From Steroidobacteraceae bacterium (GTDB taxonomy: Bacteria; Pseudomonadota; Gammaproteobacteria; Steroidobacterales; Steroidobacteraceae), in NCBI GenBank assembly GCA_035524495.1, contig DATKOR010000045.1, positions 2,862 through 66,861 of the forward strand: a DNA stretch of 64,000 nt. The letters run 5' to 3'. A program made the translations under genes and the position numbers. The notes beneath the pieces were generated by a model. That model had not been told where the DNA came from and made no database searches. It worked only from the letters and a program-made list of their open reading frames with translations. Every line of letters starts with the position of its first letter. Positions within the stretch are counted from its first letter, which is position 1. This document shows, piece by piece, positions 16,097 to 25,081 of this stretch.

Positions 16097-18033
16097 GCCG
16101 AGGCGGCATCACGAGCGGCGCGCGCGCGTGTGCGTGCCTGCTGGCGCTGGCGTTCAGCGCCGGCGTGGCCGCGCCGAAGGCGACGCCGACACCGGGGGCG
16201 CTGCCTCCGGTCAAGGTCCGTGACCTCTATTACGGCGATGTGCTCTATTACTTCTACCAGGACGACTATTTCACGGCGCTGACCCACCTGACCGCCGCGC
16301 AGCAGCTCGGGCGCGTGTCGCACCACGAGGGTGATGCGCAGCTGCTTCTCGGGGGCCTGTACCTCTCGCTCGGGCAGCATCGCGAGGCCGGCCAGATCTT
16401 CGCCGAGGTGTTGGACCGCAAGAACGTGCCGCAGCCGGTGCGCGACCGCGCGCGGTTCTTCCTCGGCAAGGTGTGGTACCAGCGCGGCTACTTCGACAAG
16501 GCCGCCGACACGCTCGCGGCGGCGGGCAGGGCGGGCCTGTCGCCGGCGATGGAGGCCGAGCGCCGGATGCTGCTCGCCCAGGCGCTGCTGTACCAGGGCA
16601 AGTATCCCGAGGCGATTGCCGCGCTCGAGAACTGGAAGGGCCCGGTGATGTGGCAGGCCTACGCCAAGTTCAACCTGGGCGTCGCGTTCGTGCGCAACGG
16701 CCAGCTCGACCAGGGCGCGCACCTGCTCGACGAGATCGGCCGGCTCGAGCGCACCAACCGCGAGCTCGACGCGCTGCGTGACAAAGCGAACCTGGCGCTC
16801 GGCTACGCGCTGCTGCAGGCCAAGAAGCCCGTCGAGGCGCGCCCGGTGCTCGAGCGCGTGCGGCTGGACGGACCGCTGTCGACCAAGGCGCTGCTCGGCG
16901 TCGGCTGGGCCTCGAGCGATGCGCAGCAGTACCGCGACGCGCTGGTGCCGTGGCTCGAACTGCACGGGCGCGGCATGCTCGATTCGGCAGTCCAGGAGAG
17001 CTACCTCGCGGTCCCGTACGCCTACGGCAAGCTCAACGCCAACCGCCAGGCCGCCGAGTACTACGAGACGGCGATCCGCGAATTCGGAGCCGAGACCGGG
17101 CGCCTCGACGAATCGATCGCGGCGATCCGGCGCGGCGGCATGCTCGAGACGATCGTCAAGAACGAGTCGCGCAGCCAGCTTGGCTGGTTCTGGCAGCTCT
17201 CGACGCTGCCGGATGCGCCCGAGTCACGCTACCTCTATCACCTGCTCGCCCAGAACGACTTCCAGGAAGGCCTGAAGAACTTCCGAATGCTGCGCTACAT
17301 GGAGCGCAACCTCGATGGCTGGTCGACCAGCGTGGAAGCCTTCGACGACATGCTCGCCACACGCCGCGAGCGCTACGATACGCGCCTGCCGGCGGTCCTC
17401 GCCAAGCTCAACGGCGTCGACCTCGAGGAGCTGCAGCGCCGGCGCACGGAGATCGAGTCGCAGGTCGTCAGCGCCGAGAACACCGGAGACGTTGCGGCGC
17501 TCGGCACGCCGCACGAGCGCGAGCTGTGGGCGCAGGTCGAGCAGATGGAGTCGGTGCTCGCGAACGCCGGCAATGACCCCGACCTCGACGATGCCCGCGA
17601 CAAGCTGCGGCTGGCGCGCGGCGTCCTCTACTGGGAGATGAACGACGGCTTCAAGGCCCGCGCCTGGGCCGTGAGGAAGGGCGTGCGCGAGGTCTCGCAG
17701 GCGCTGCGCGAGACCGAGAAGCGCTGGTCGCTGGTTCAGGAGGCGAAGCAGGCCGTTCCGGACCGCAACGGCGAGTTCGGCGCGCGGATCGCCTCGCTGC
17801 GCCCGCGCATCGAAGGGGCGCGCGACCGGCTCGCGGCGCTTGAGCGCGCGCAGGCCGACTACCTGGCCGACATCGCGGTGCGCGAGCTCGAGTCGCAGAA
17901 GGAGCGCATCGCGACCTACATGCTGCAGGCGCGTTACTCGCTCGCGACGATCTATGACCGCGCGACGCAGGACCTCGATGCCAAGCGCGGCCCGGCGCCG
18001 CAAGCGCCGACGCCGCCCCAGGGCACGCAATGA
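16093..18033 (+). CDS. Tetratricopeptide-repeat (TPR) protein with coiled-coil C-terminal half
   Basis: GTG start in a GTGA overlap with the upstream stop, about 646 aa. Signal-like N-terminus (ACACLLALAFSAGVAAP). Repeated TPR-like A/Y/L patterns, then long charged helices. The upstream part of track ORF 15394.. is out of frame with the real upstream gene and Arg-rich. Confidence 0.75.
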   Translation: MSRGGITSGARACACLLALAFSAGVAAPKATPTPGALPPVKVRDLYYGDVLYYFYQDDYFTALTHLTAAQQLGRVSHHEGDAQLLLGGLYLSLGQHREAGQIFAEVLDRKNVPQPVRDRARFFLGKVWYQRGYFDKAADTLAAAGRAGLSPAMEAERRMLLAQALLYQGKYPEAIAALENWKGPVMWQAYAKFNLGVAFVRNGQLDQGAHLLDEIGRLERTNRELDALRDKANLALGYALLQAKKPVEARPVLERVRLDGPLSTKALLGVGWASSDAQQYRDALVPWLELHGRGMLDSAVQESYLAVPYAYGKLNANRQAAEYYETAIREFGAETGRLDESIAAIRRGGMLETIVKNESRSQLGWFWQLSTLPDAPESRYLYHLLAQNDFQEGLKNFRMLRYMERNLDGWSTSVEAFDDMLATRRERYDTRLPAVLAKLNGVDLEELQRRRTEIESQVVSAENTGDVAALGTPHERELWAQVEQMESVLANAGNDPDLDDARDKLRLARGVLYWEMNDGFKARAWAVRKGVREVSQALRETEKRWSLVQEAKQAVPDRNGEFGARIASLRPRIEGARDRLAALERAQADYLADIAVRELESQKERIATYMLQARYSLATIYDRATQDLDAKRGPAPQAPTPPQGTQ

Positions 18034-21000
18034 GACGCGCGGCCCCCGCAATCATCCTGTGGCTCTGCACCGGCCTGCTGGCCGCGGGCGTCGCCGTGGC
18101 TGCGGCGCCGAAGAAACAGCCGACGATTGCCGACCTCAAGGGCAAGACGGTCGACGTCACGCCCGACGAGCCGACCGACGCCAACTCCGACAAGGCGCGG
18201 CAGAACTACCAGGAATTCCTCAACCTCGAGCGCGGCGACGCGGCGCTGCGCGCCGAGGCGATGCGCCGGCTCGGCGACCTCAAGCTCGAGGCCGGCGAGC
18301 TGAACCGCATCGAGAAGGAGCTGGTGTCGGGCTCGCCGCTCGACACGTCGGACGCGATCGTCCTGTACACGAAGCTGCTCGCCGCGTACCCGAACTACGA
18401 GCGCAACGACGCGGTGCTCTACCAGCTGGCGCGCGCCTACGAGGCCGACCAGCAGAGCGACAAGGCGCTCGGCACGCTCGATCAGCTGGTGCGCCGCTAC
18501 CCCTCGAGTCGCTACATCGACGAGGCGCAGTTCCGCCGCGGCGAGATCATGTTCGTCGACAAGCGCTGGGCGGACGCCGAGGCGGCCTATGCGCACGTGA
18601 TGAAGTTCGGTTCCAAGTCCGAGTTCTACGAGCAAAGCCTGTACAAGCATGGCTGGTCGCTGTTCAAGCGCGGCGAGTCCGAGGGGGCGCTCGACTCGTT
18701 CGCGAAGCTGCTCGACATCAAGCTCATCGACCCGCAGGGCAAGGAGCGCGACCTCGAGGGCTTCACGCGGCCGCAGCGCGAGCTCGTCGAGGACACGCTG
18801 CGGGTGTGCGCGATCACCTTCTCCTTCGACGAGGACGCGAAGGGCGTCGATGCTTTCCTGAAGCGCCACGGGTCCAAGCCCTACGCCTATTTGCTGTACG
18901 GGACGCTCGGCGACCTGTACGTCAGCAAGGAGCGCTGGACCGACGCGGCGGACGCCTACCGCGCGTTCGCCAAGCGCGAGCCGGATCACGAGCACGCGCC
19001 GCTCCTGCAGATGCAGGCGATCGACGCCTACAAGCGCGGAGGATTTGCGAGCCTGGTGCTCGACGGCAAGCGCGAGTACGTCGAGCGCTACCAGCTCGGC
19101 TCCCCGTTCTGGGCGCATCGCCAGCCGGCCGATGCGCCGCTGGTCGTGCGCGAGCTCAAGACCAACGTCAAGGACCTCGCCGCCTACTATCACTCGCAGG
19201 CCCAGACCTCGAAGCAGACGGCGGACTACCAGGAGGCGGCGCACTGGTACCGCGTGTACCTGCAGTCGTTCCCGGACGACAAGGACGCCGCGAACACCAA
19301 CTACCTGCTGGCCGACACGCTGTTCGAGAGCCACCAGTTCCACGACGCCGCGCTCGAGTACGAGCACAGCGCCTACGGCTACCCGCCGAACGACAAGTCG
19401 GCGACCGCCGGCTACGCGGCGCTCGTGTCCTACGAGAAGCACGAGCCGACGCTGCAGGGCGAGGCGCGCAGCGCCTGGCACCGCCAGGGCCTCGAGAGCG
19501 GGCTGCGGTTCGCGACGACGTTCCAGAGCCATCCGGAGAGCGCGCCGGTGCTGGTGCGCACCGCGCGCGAGTACTACGACCTCAAGGAATACGCGAAGGC
19601 GATCGATGTCGCCGACATCGCGCTCGCACGCCAGCCGCCGATCGACGTCGAGAAGCAGCGCACCGTGTGGACCGTCATTGCCAACGGCCAGTTCGAGCTC
19701 GGTCAATTCGACAAGGCCGAGGGCGCCTACCTGCAGGTGCAGTCTCTGCTCGCGGCCAACGATCCGCAGCGGCCGGTGATCGACGAGCGCATCGCGGCCT
19801 CCGTGTACAAGCAGGGCGAGGCGCGCAAGGCGGCCGGCGACGAGGCCGGCGCGGTCGGCGATTTCCTACGGATTGCGCAGCTTGCGCCGCACTCGAAGAT
19901 CCGCGCCAGCGCCGACTACGACGCCGCGGCGCTGCTGATCGGGCTCAAGGACTGGCCGAAGGCGATCGAGGTGCTGGAGGGCTACCGGCGGAACTTCCCG
20001 ACGAGCGAGCTGCAGCCCGAAGTGACGCGCAAGCTCGCCGTCGCCTACGTCGAGGCCGGCCGGCCGGGACCGGCTGCGGTCGAGTTCGAGCGCATCGCAT
20101 CGGCGCCCGGCGGCAGCGTCGACGTGCAGCGCGAGGCGCTCGTCCAGGCGGCGACGCTTTACGAGAAGTCCGGCGACACCGCGAAGACCGTCGCGTCCTG
20201 GGAAAGCTACGTCAAGCGCTTCCCGCAACCCTTCGAGCCGGCGATGGAGGCCCGCCAAAAGCTCGCCGACCTGGCGCAGCAGCGCGGCGATGCAGCGCGC
20301 CGCGCGGCGCTGCTCGACGAGATCATCCGCGCCGACCAAGGCGCGGGCGCAGCGCGCACTGACCGCAGCCGCTACCTCGCCGCCAAGGCCTCGCTCGAGC
20401 TTGCGATGCCGACGCGCGAGGCGTTCAATGCGGTGCGACTGGTGCTGCCGCTCAAGAAGTCCCTTGAGGCCAAGCGCGCTGCGCTGCAGCGTGCGCTGAA
20501 GTCCTTCGAGGCGGCGGACGCCTACGCGATCGCCGAGGTCTCTACCGCCGCGACCTTCGAGATGGCCGAGCTCTACCGTCAGCTCAGCGTCGACCTCCTG
20601 AAGTCGGAGCGCCCGAAGAGCCTGACCGACGAGGCGCTCGAGCAGTACAACCTGCTGCTCGAGGAGCAGGCCTACCCGTTCGAAGAGAAGGCCATCGAGA
20701 TCCACCTCGTGAACACCGCGCGCGCAGCGCAGGGCCTGTACAACGAGCCGGTGCGCGCGAGCTTCGCGGCGCTCGCCAAGCTCAAGCCCGCGCGCTTCGC
20801 CAAGACCGAACAGAACGAGGATCTCGTGATCGACGCCGCGGCGGGTGCCCCGCCGCCCGAGCCGCCGGCGCCCGCCGTGCCGGCCAAGGCGCCGGCCAGC
20901 AATGCGAAGAGTGCGCCGCCGCCGGCCAACGCGGTGCCGCTGCAGCTCGCGGTTCGCTTCCAGGAGGCGGTCGCCGCAGCCGATCGCGGCGGCGAGGCGC

Positions 21001-21440
21001 AGGCGGATGCCGAGTTCGTCGCGTTGACGAGCGGCGCCCCGACGCTCGCCGGGCCGCCGCTCAACCACGGCATCCTGCTGAGCCGCGCCCAGCACTGGCC
21101 CGAGGCGGCGGACGCGCTCGGCGAGGCGCTCAGGCGCCATCCGGGCTGCGCGACCGCGGCGGCGCAGCTCGGCGTCGTCTACCGCCAGCTCGGCAAGTTC
21201 AGCGACGCCGAGCAGTCGTACCGCAAGGCCCTCGAGTCCGACGCGAACGACGCGCGCACACACCGCAATTTCGGCGTGCTGCTCGACCTGTACGTGCAGA
21301 AGCCTGCCGAAGCGCTTGCCGAGTACGAGCGCTCGCTGGCGCTGGCCGGCGGCGAGGACAAGCAGATGTCGGCCTGGATCGCCGAGCTGCGCCAGCGGCT
21401 CGGGGCGGGCCAGAAGAGCGCCCGCGCGGAGGCCCAATGA
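18030..21440 (+). CDS. Giant TPR-repeat protein (1136 aa), exported
   Basis: ATGA overlap with the upstream gene. Signal peptide (IILWLCTGLLAAGVAVAAAP). Many TPR/BamD/CpoB-like repeats along the entire length. Confidence 0.85.
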   Translation: MRRAAPAIILWLCTGLLAAGVAVAAAPKKQPTIADLKGKTVDVTPDEPTDANSDKARQNYQEFLNLERGDAALRAEAMRRLGDLKLEAGELNRIEKELVSGSPLDTSDAIVLYTKLLAAYPNYERNDAVLYQLARAYEADQQSDKALGTLDQLVRRYPSSRYIDEAQFRRGEIMFVDKRWADAEAAYAHVMKFGSKSEFYEQSLYKHGWSLFKRGESEGALDSFAKLLDIKLIDPQGKERDLEGFTRPQRELVEDTLRVCAITFSFDEDAKGVDAFLKRHGSKPYAYLLYGTLGDLYVSKERWTDAADAYRAFAKREPDHEHAPLLQMQAIDAYKRGGFASLVLDGKREYVERYQLGSPFWAHRQPADAPLVVRELKTNVKDLAAYYHSQAQTSKQTADYQEAAHWYRVYLQSFPDDKDAANTNYLLADTLFESHQFHDAALEYEHSAYGYPPNDKSATAGYAALVSYEKHEPTLQGEARSAWHRQGLESGLRFATTFQSHPESAPVLVRTAREYYDLKEYAKAIDVADIALARQPPIDVEKQRTVWTVIANGQFELGQFDKAEGAYLQVQSLLAANDPQRPVIDERIAASVYKQGEARKAAGDEAGAVGDFLRIAQLAPHSKIRASADYDAAALLIGLKDWPKAIEVLEGYRRNFPTSELQPEVTRKLAVAYVEAGRPGPAAVEFERIASAPGGSVDVQREALVQAATLYEKSGDTAKTVASWESYVKRFPQPFEPAMEARQKLADLAQQRGDAARRAALLDEIIRADQGAGAARTDRSRYLAAKASLELAMPTREAFNAVRLVLPLKKSLEAKRAALQRALKSFEAADAYAIAEVSTAATFEMAELYRQLSVDLLKSERPKSLTDEALEQYNLLLEEQAYPFEEKAIEIHLVNTARAAQGLYNEPVRASFAALAKLKPARFAKTEQNEDLVIDAAAGAPPPEPPAPAVPAKAPASNAKSAPPPANAVPLQLAVRFQEAVAAADRGGEAQADAEFVALTSGAPTLAGPPLNHGILLSRAQHWPEAADALGEALRRHPGCATAAAQLGVVYRQLGKFSDAEQSYRKALESDANDARTHRNFGVLLDLYVQKPAEALAEYERSLALAGGEDKQMSAWIAELRQRLGAGQKSARAEAQ

Positions 21441-21922
21441 GCAAGAGATGGCTGACGATGTTCGCCGCGCTCGGCACCACCGCCGTATTGGGGGTCGCCT
21501 CGGCCGAGGATCCGCCGAGCGCCGGGCGCGCCGCCCGCGCGGCCTCGCCCGAGGTCCAGCAGGCTGAGCCGGCGGTCAAGGCGCCGCCCGCCACCCCGAA
21601 GCCGCGCAAGGCGTCCGCGAAGGCCGATGCCGCGCCCGGCGAAAAGACCGCGAAGGCCATCGACCGCCTCGAGCTCGAGACGACCCAGATCACCGGCAAC
21701 CGCGAGCTGCCGAAGGTCATGGTGATCGTTCCCTGGAAGCGCTCGGATATCGGCGACCTCGTCGGCCGCCCGGTGAACAGCCTGGTCGACGAGGCGCTGC
21801 AGCCGGTCGACCGGGAGGTGTTCCGGCGCGAGATCGACTACTTCGACGCGCTGGCCCCGGACCGGGCCCGAAGCGAGACGCGCGTCACAGGCGGGACTCC
21901 GGGATCCCGGCCTGAGAAGTGA
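21437..21922 (+). CDS. Small secreted protein of unknown function
   Basis: 161 aa with ATGA overlap with the upstream TPR gene. Signal peptide (MFAALGTTAVLGVASA), Ala/Pro/Lys-rich linker, and a conserved-looking C-terminal half (LPKVMVIVPWKR…). Confidence 0.65.
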   Translation: MSKRWLTMFAALGTTAVLGVASAEDPPSAGRAARAASPEVQQAEPAVKAPPATPKPRKASAKADAAPGEKTAKAIDRLELETTQITGNRELPKVMVIVPWKRSDIGDLVGRPVNSLVDEALQPVDREVFRREIDYFDALAPDRARSETRVTGGTPGSRPEK

Positions 21923-22003
21923 ACCACGGTATTCGTAACATAAGTTGAGTGAAATGGACCGGCCAAGCCGGCAAACCTCGTCGAATCGAACGGAGCAGCG
22001 GAG

Positions 22004-22708
22004 ATGCATGCCTACGACGTGATCGTGAACTTCTTCAAGCAGGGAGGCTTCTTCCTGTACCCGATCGCCCTGATCTGGGCGATCGGCCTGGTGATCGCCA
22101 TCGAGCGGTTCGCCTACCTCATGAAGGTCGGGACCGGCAACAAGCGCCTGTGGGACCAGCTGCAGCCGCTGTTCGAGGCCGGCAACTTCAAGCAGGCGAC
22201 CAACGCCGTCTCCGACTCGGACACCGCGCTCGCACAGGTCATGCGCTACGGCATGAGCCGCATCACGACCGCGCGGCGCCGCGAGGACATCGAGAAGGCA
22301 ATGGAGGAGAGCCTGGTCGAGGTGATCCCGCACCTCGAGCGGCGCACCCACTACCTCGCCGCGCTCGCCAACATCGGCATGCTGATGGGCCTGTTCGGTA
22401 CCGTGCTCGGCCTGATCAACGCCTTCGCCGCGGTCGCCCAGGCGAACCCGGCCGAGAAGGCGAGCCTGCTGTCGGCGAGCATCTCGGTGGCGATGAACAA
22501 CACGGCACTCGGCCTGCTGGTCGCGATCACGCTGCTGCTGTCGCACCTGTATCTCGAGACCAAGACGACCAACATCGTCGACAGCCTCGAGGTCGCGAGC
22601 GTGAAGTTCTTGAACGCCCTGTCCGAGCGCCAGCAGCGCGCCGAGGCGCCCGCGACTGCCGCGAGCGCGGCACCGCGCGGCGGTGAGGTGCGCGGGGCGA
22701 GGGCATGA
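22004..22708 (+). CDS. exbB: MotA/TolQ/ExbB-family proton channel
   Basis: 234 aa with three TM segments and the signature LANIGMLMGLFGTVLGLINAF … MNNTALGLLVAI. Confidence 0.9.
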   Translation: MHAYDVIVNFFKQGGFFLYPIALIWAIGLVIAIERFAYLMKVGTGNKRLWDQLQPLFEAGNFKQATNAVSDSDTALAQVMRYGMSRITTARRREDIEKAMEESLVEVIPHLERRTHYLAALANIGMLMGLFGTVLGLINAFAAVAQANPAEKASLLSASISVAMNNTALGLLVAITLLLSHLYLETKTTNIVDSLEVASVKFLNALSERQQRAEAPATAASAAPRGGEVRGARA

Positions 22709-23214
22709 GCGGATCCTCGATAGCCCGCCGCCAGGCGCGCAACCATGCGCGCTACAAGGGTCGGAACGATATCAACATCGTTCCGATGCTCGACATTTTC
22801 ACGATCCTCGTGTTCTTCCTGATCTTCACGGCCGTGTTCTCGAAGACCCACATCGTCGAGATGAATCTGCCGGCCCAGAGTTCCGAGCCCCTGTCGCTGC
22901 CCGAGGGGCTCGTGCTCGAGATCGTGGTGCGCAAGGACGGTCTGGTGGTGCAGGACAAGAACTCGGGGCCCCTGCAGCCGTTCCCGAACAACGAGCAGGG
23001 CTACGACTTCGACGGCCTCAACTCGTACCTGACCCGCGTCAAGGCCCGCTTCCCGGAGCTCAAGTCCGCGACGGTGCTGCTCGAGCAGAACATCCCGTAT
23101 GACACGATCATCGCGACGATGGACGCGGTGAAGTCCTACGAGGGCACGCTCGACGGCCAGCCGGCGCGCGGCGAACTGTTCCCGCAGATCTCGCTCGGAG
23201 ATGCGCCGACATGA
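22705..23214 (+). CDS. exbD: ExbD/TolR-family protein (copy 1)
   Basis: 169 aa with ATGA overlap with exbB. INIVPMLDIFTILVFFLI contains the conserved TM Asp. Confidence 0.9.
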   Translation: MSGSSIARRQARNHARYKGRNDINIVPMLDIFTILVFFLIFTAVFSKTHIVEMNLPAQSSEPLSLPEGLVLEIVVRKDGLVVQDKNSGPLQPFPNNEQGYDFDGLNSYLTRVKARFPELKSATVLLEQNIPYDTIIATMDAVKSYEGTLDGQPARGELFPQISLGDAPT

Positions 23215-23726
23215 TTGCCTCGCGCCTGAAGCGCTACCGCAAGTCCGGCGGCCACCACAGTGGTCACGGCATGCCGGCGCTCATCCCGATGATCGACATG
23301 CTCGTGATCCTGGTCGTGTACATGCTGATTCACACGGCCGACTACGAGATCCTGCCGAACACCAAGAACATCTCGATCCCGCAGTCGATCTCCGAGTCGC
23401 GCCCGCGGGAGTCGACGGTGCTGATGGTCACGCGCGACATGATCTTCGTAAACGGCAACGCGACCGCCTCGGTCGCGGACATCGACGCCGACGTGCCGGC
23501 GGCGCGCGATTCACTGCAGGCGAGCCTGAAGGCGGAGACGCAGAAGCGCACGCAGTTGCGGCCCGACGACCCGACCGCCCGTGAGGTCACGGTGATGGCC
23601 GACAAGGGCCTGCCGTACAGCCTGCTGAAGAAGATCATGTTGGCGGCGACCGCGGCGGACATCGGCAAGATGTCGCTGGCGGTCATCGAGAAAGAGCGGG
23701 CCTACCACGGCCCGAACCCTGGCTGA
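23211..23726 (+). CDS. exbD: ExbD/TolR-family protein (copy 2)
   Basis: 171 aa with ATGA overlap with copy 1. ALIPMIDMLVILVVYML contains the conserved TM Asp. Confidence 0.9.
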   Translation: MIASRLKRYRKSGGHHSGHGMPALIPMIDMLVILVVYMLIHTADYEILPNTKNISIPQSISESRPRESTVLMVTRDMIFVNGNATASVADIDADVPAARDSLQASLKAETQKRTQLRPDDPTAREVTVMADKGLPYSLLKKIMLAATAADIGKMSLAVIEKERAYHGPNPG

Positions 23727-23747
23727 GTTTCGCCGAGCGAGCCCACG

Positions 23748-24662
23748 ATGACCGCGCTTTCGACCAATTATCGGATCTTCGAGCTTCCCTGGACGCCGAA
23801 CGACGACGAGGAGCGGCATTTTAAACGGCTGCTCACGATCGGCATCGTCATCTGGCTGATCATCGTCTTCGGCACGCAGCTGCTGCCGACGCCGGAGCGT
23901 CCGGCCGCACAGCCGCTGCCCGAGGAGGTCGTCAAGCTCGTGCTGCAGCCGCCGTTGCCGAAGCCGAAGCCCGTCGAGGAGAAGAAGCCGGAGCCCAAGC
24001 CGATCCCGAAGACGGTCGTGCCGCCTCCGCAGGTCGACAAGACCGAGCAGGCGCGCAAGAAGGCGCAGAAGGCGATGAACGCCGTCAAAGACGAGCTCGC
24101 CGACCTGCGCGCGGCGCTCAACACCGAGCAGCTCGCGAGCGCCAAGCCGCTCAAGGACAAGGTCGACGGCCCGGCGCGCGCCGAGCGCTCGCTGATCACG
24201 TCGAACCTGACGGGCGGCAGCGGCGGCATCAACACCGCGGCGCTCAGTTCCGGCTTCGGTGGCGGACCGGGCTCGCTGCACGGCCACTCGACGATGCAGG
24301 GCGTCCAGTCCTTCGCCGACGGCATCCGCAAGGACCACGCCGAGGCCAAGCGCACCGGCTCGAGCGGCAAGGCCTCGCGCAGCCGCGAAGAGATCGAAAT
24401 GGTGTTCGACCGCAACAAGGCGGCGATCTACGCGCTCTACAATCGCGCGCTGCGCGACAATCCGCAGCTGCAGGGCAAGGTCGTCGTGCAGCTGACGATC
24501 GCCCCGACCGGCGAGGTCACCGACTGCAAAGTGCTGTCGTCGGAGCTCAAGGACGAAGAGCTCGAGCGCAAGCTCGTGGCGCGGATCAAGATGTTCAAGT
24601 TCGACGACAAGGACGTCGAGCTGATCACGACGACGAAGCCGATCGACTTCTTCCCGGCCTGA
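23748..24662 (+). CDS. TonB-like energy transducer
   Basis: 304 aa with N-terminal TM anchor (LLTIGIVIWLIIVFG). Pro/Lys/Glu-rich spacer (PPLPKPKPVEEKKPEPKPIPK). C-terminal TonB/AgmX-type domain (GKVVVQLTIAPTGEVTDCKVLSS…). Confidence 0.85.
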   Translation: MTALSTNYRIFELPWTPNDDEERHFKRLLTIGIVIWLIIVFGTQLLPTPERPAAQPLPEEVVKLVLQPPLPKPKPVEEKKPEPKPIPKTVVPPPQVDKTEQARKKAQKAMNAVKDELADLRAALNTEQLASAKPLKDKVDGPARAERSLITSNLTGGSGGINTAALSSGFGGGPGSLHGHSTMQGVQSFADGIRKDHAEAKRTGSSGKASRSREEIEMVFDRNKAAIYALYNRALRDNPQLQGKVVVQLTIAPTGEVTDCKVLSSELKDEELERKLVARIKMFKFDDKDVELITTTKPIDFFPA

Positions 24663-24672
24663 ACGCCGCGAC

Positions 24673-25065
24673 GTGCTGGCGCGCTACTACGTCGCGCTGA
24701 AGACGCTGCACGTCGCGTCGGTCGCGCTCTCGATCGGGCTGTTCCTGTTCCGGGCCGGCCTCAGGATCGCGGGCTCGAGCCTGCTCGGCACGCGCGTGCT
24801 GCGCATCGCGCCGCATGTCATCGACACGGTGCTGCTCGCGAGCGCCGTGCTGCTGACGCTGATCCTGCACCAGTATCCGTTCGTCAACGACTGGCTGACC
24901 GCGAAGCTCGTCGCGCTCATTGCCTACGTCGTCCTCGGCTCGATCGCGCTGCGCCGCGGACGCACGCCGGCGGTCCGCGCAGTCGCGCTCGTCGCGGCGC
25001 TGCTGGCGGTCGGCTACATCCTCGGTACCGCGCTCCACCACGACGCCAACCCGCTGCGCTGGTGA
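24673..25065 (+). CDS. SirB2/YchQ-family small inner-membrane protein
   Basis: 130 aa with GTG start and four TM helices. The sequence pattern (YVALKTLHV…IDTVLL…LIAYVVLG) is typical of the SirB family. Confidence 0.7.
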   Translation: MLARYYVALKTLHVASVALSIGLFLFRAGLRIAGSSLLGTRVLRIAPHVIDTVLLASAVLLTLILHQYPFVNDWLTAKLVALIAYVVLGSIALRRGRTPAVRAVALVAALLAVGYILGTALHHDANPLRW

Positions 25066-25081
25066 GCGGCGGGCCTGCCCC

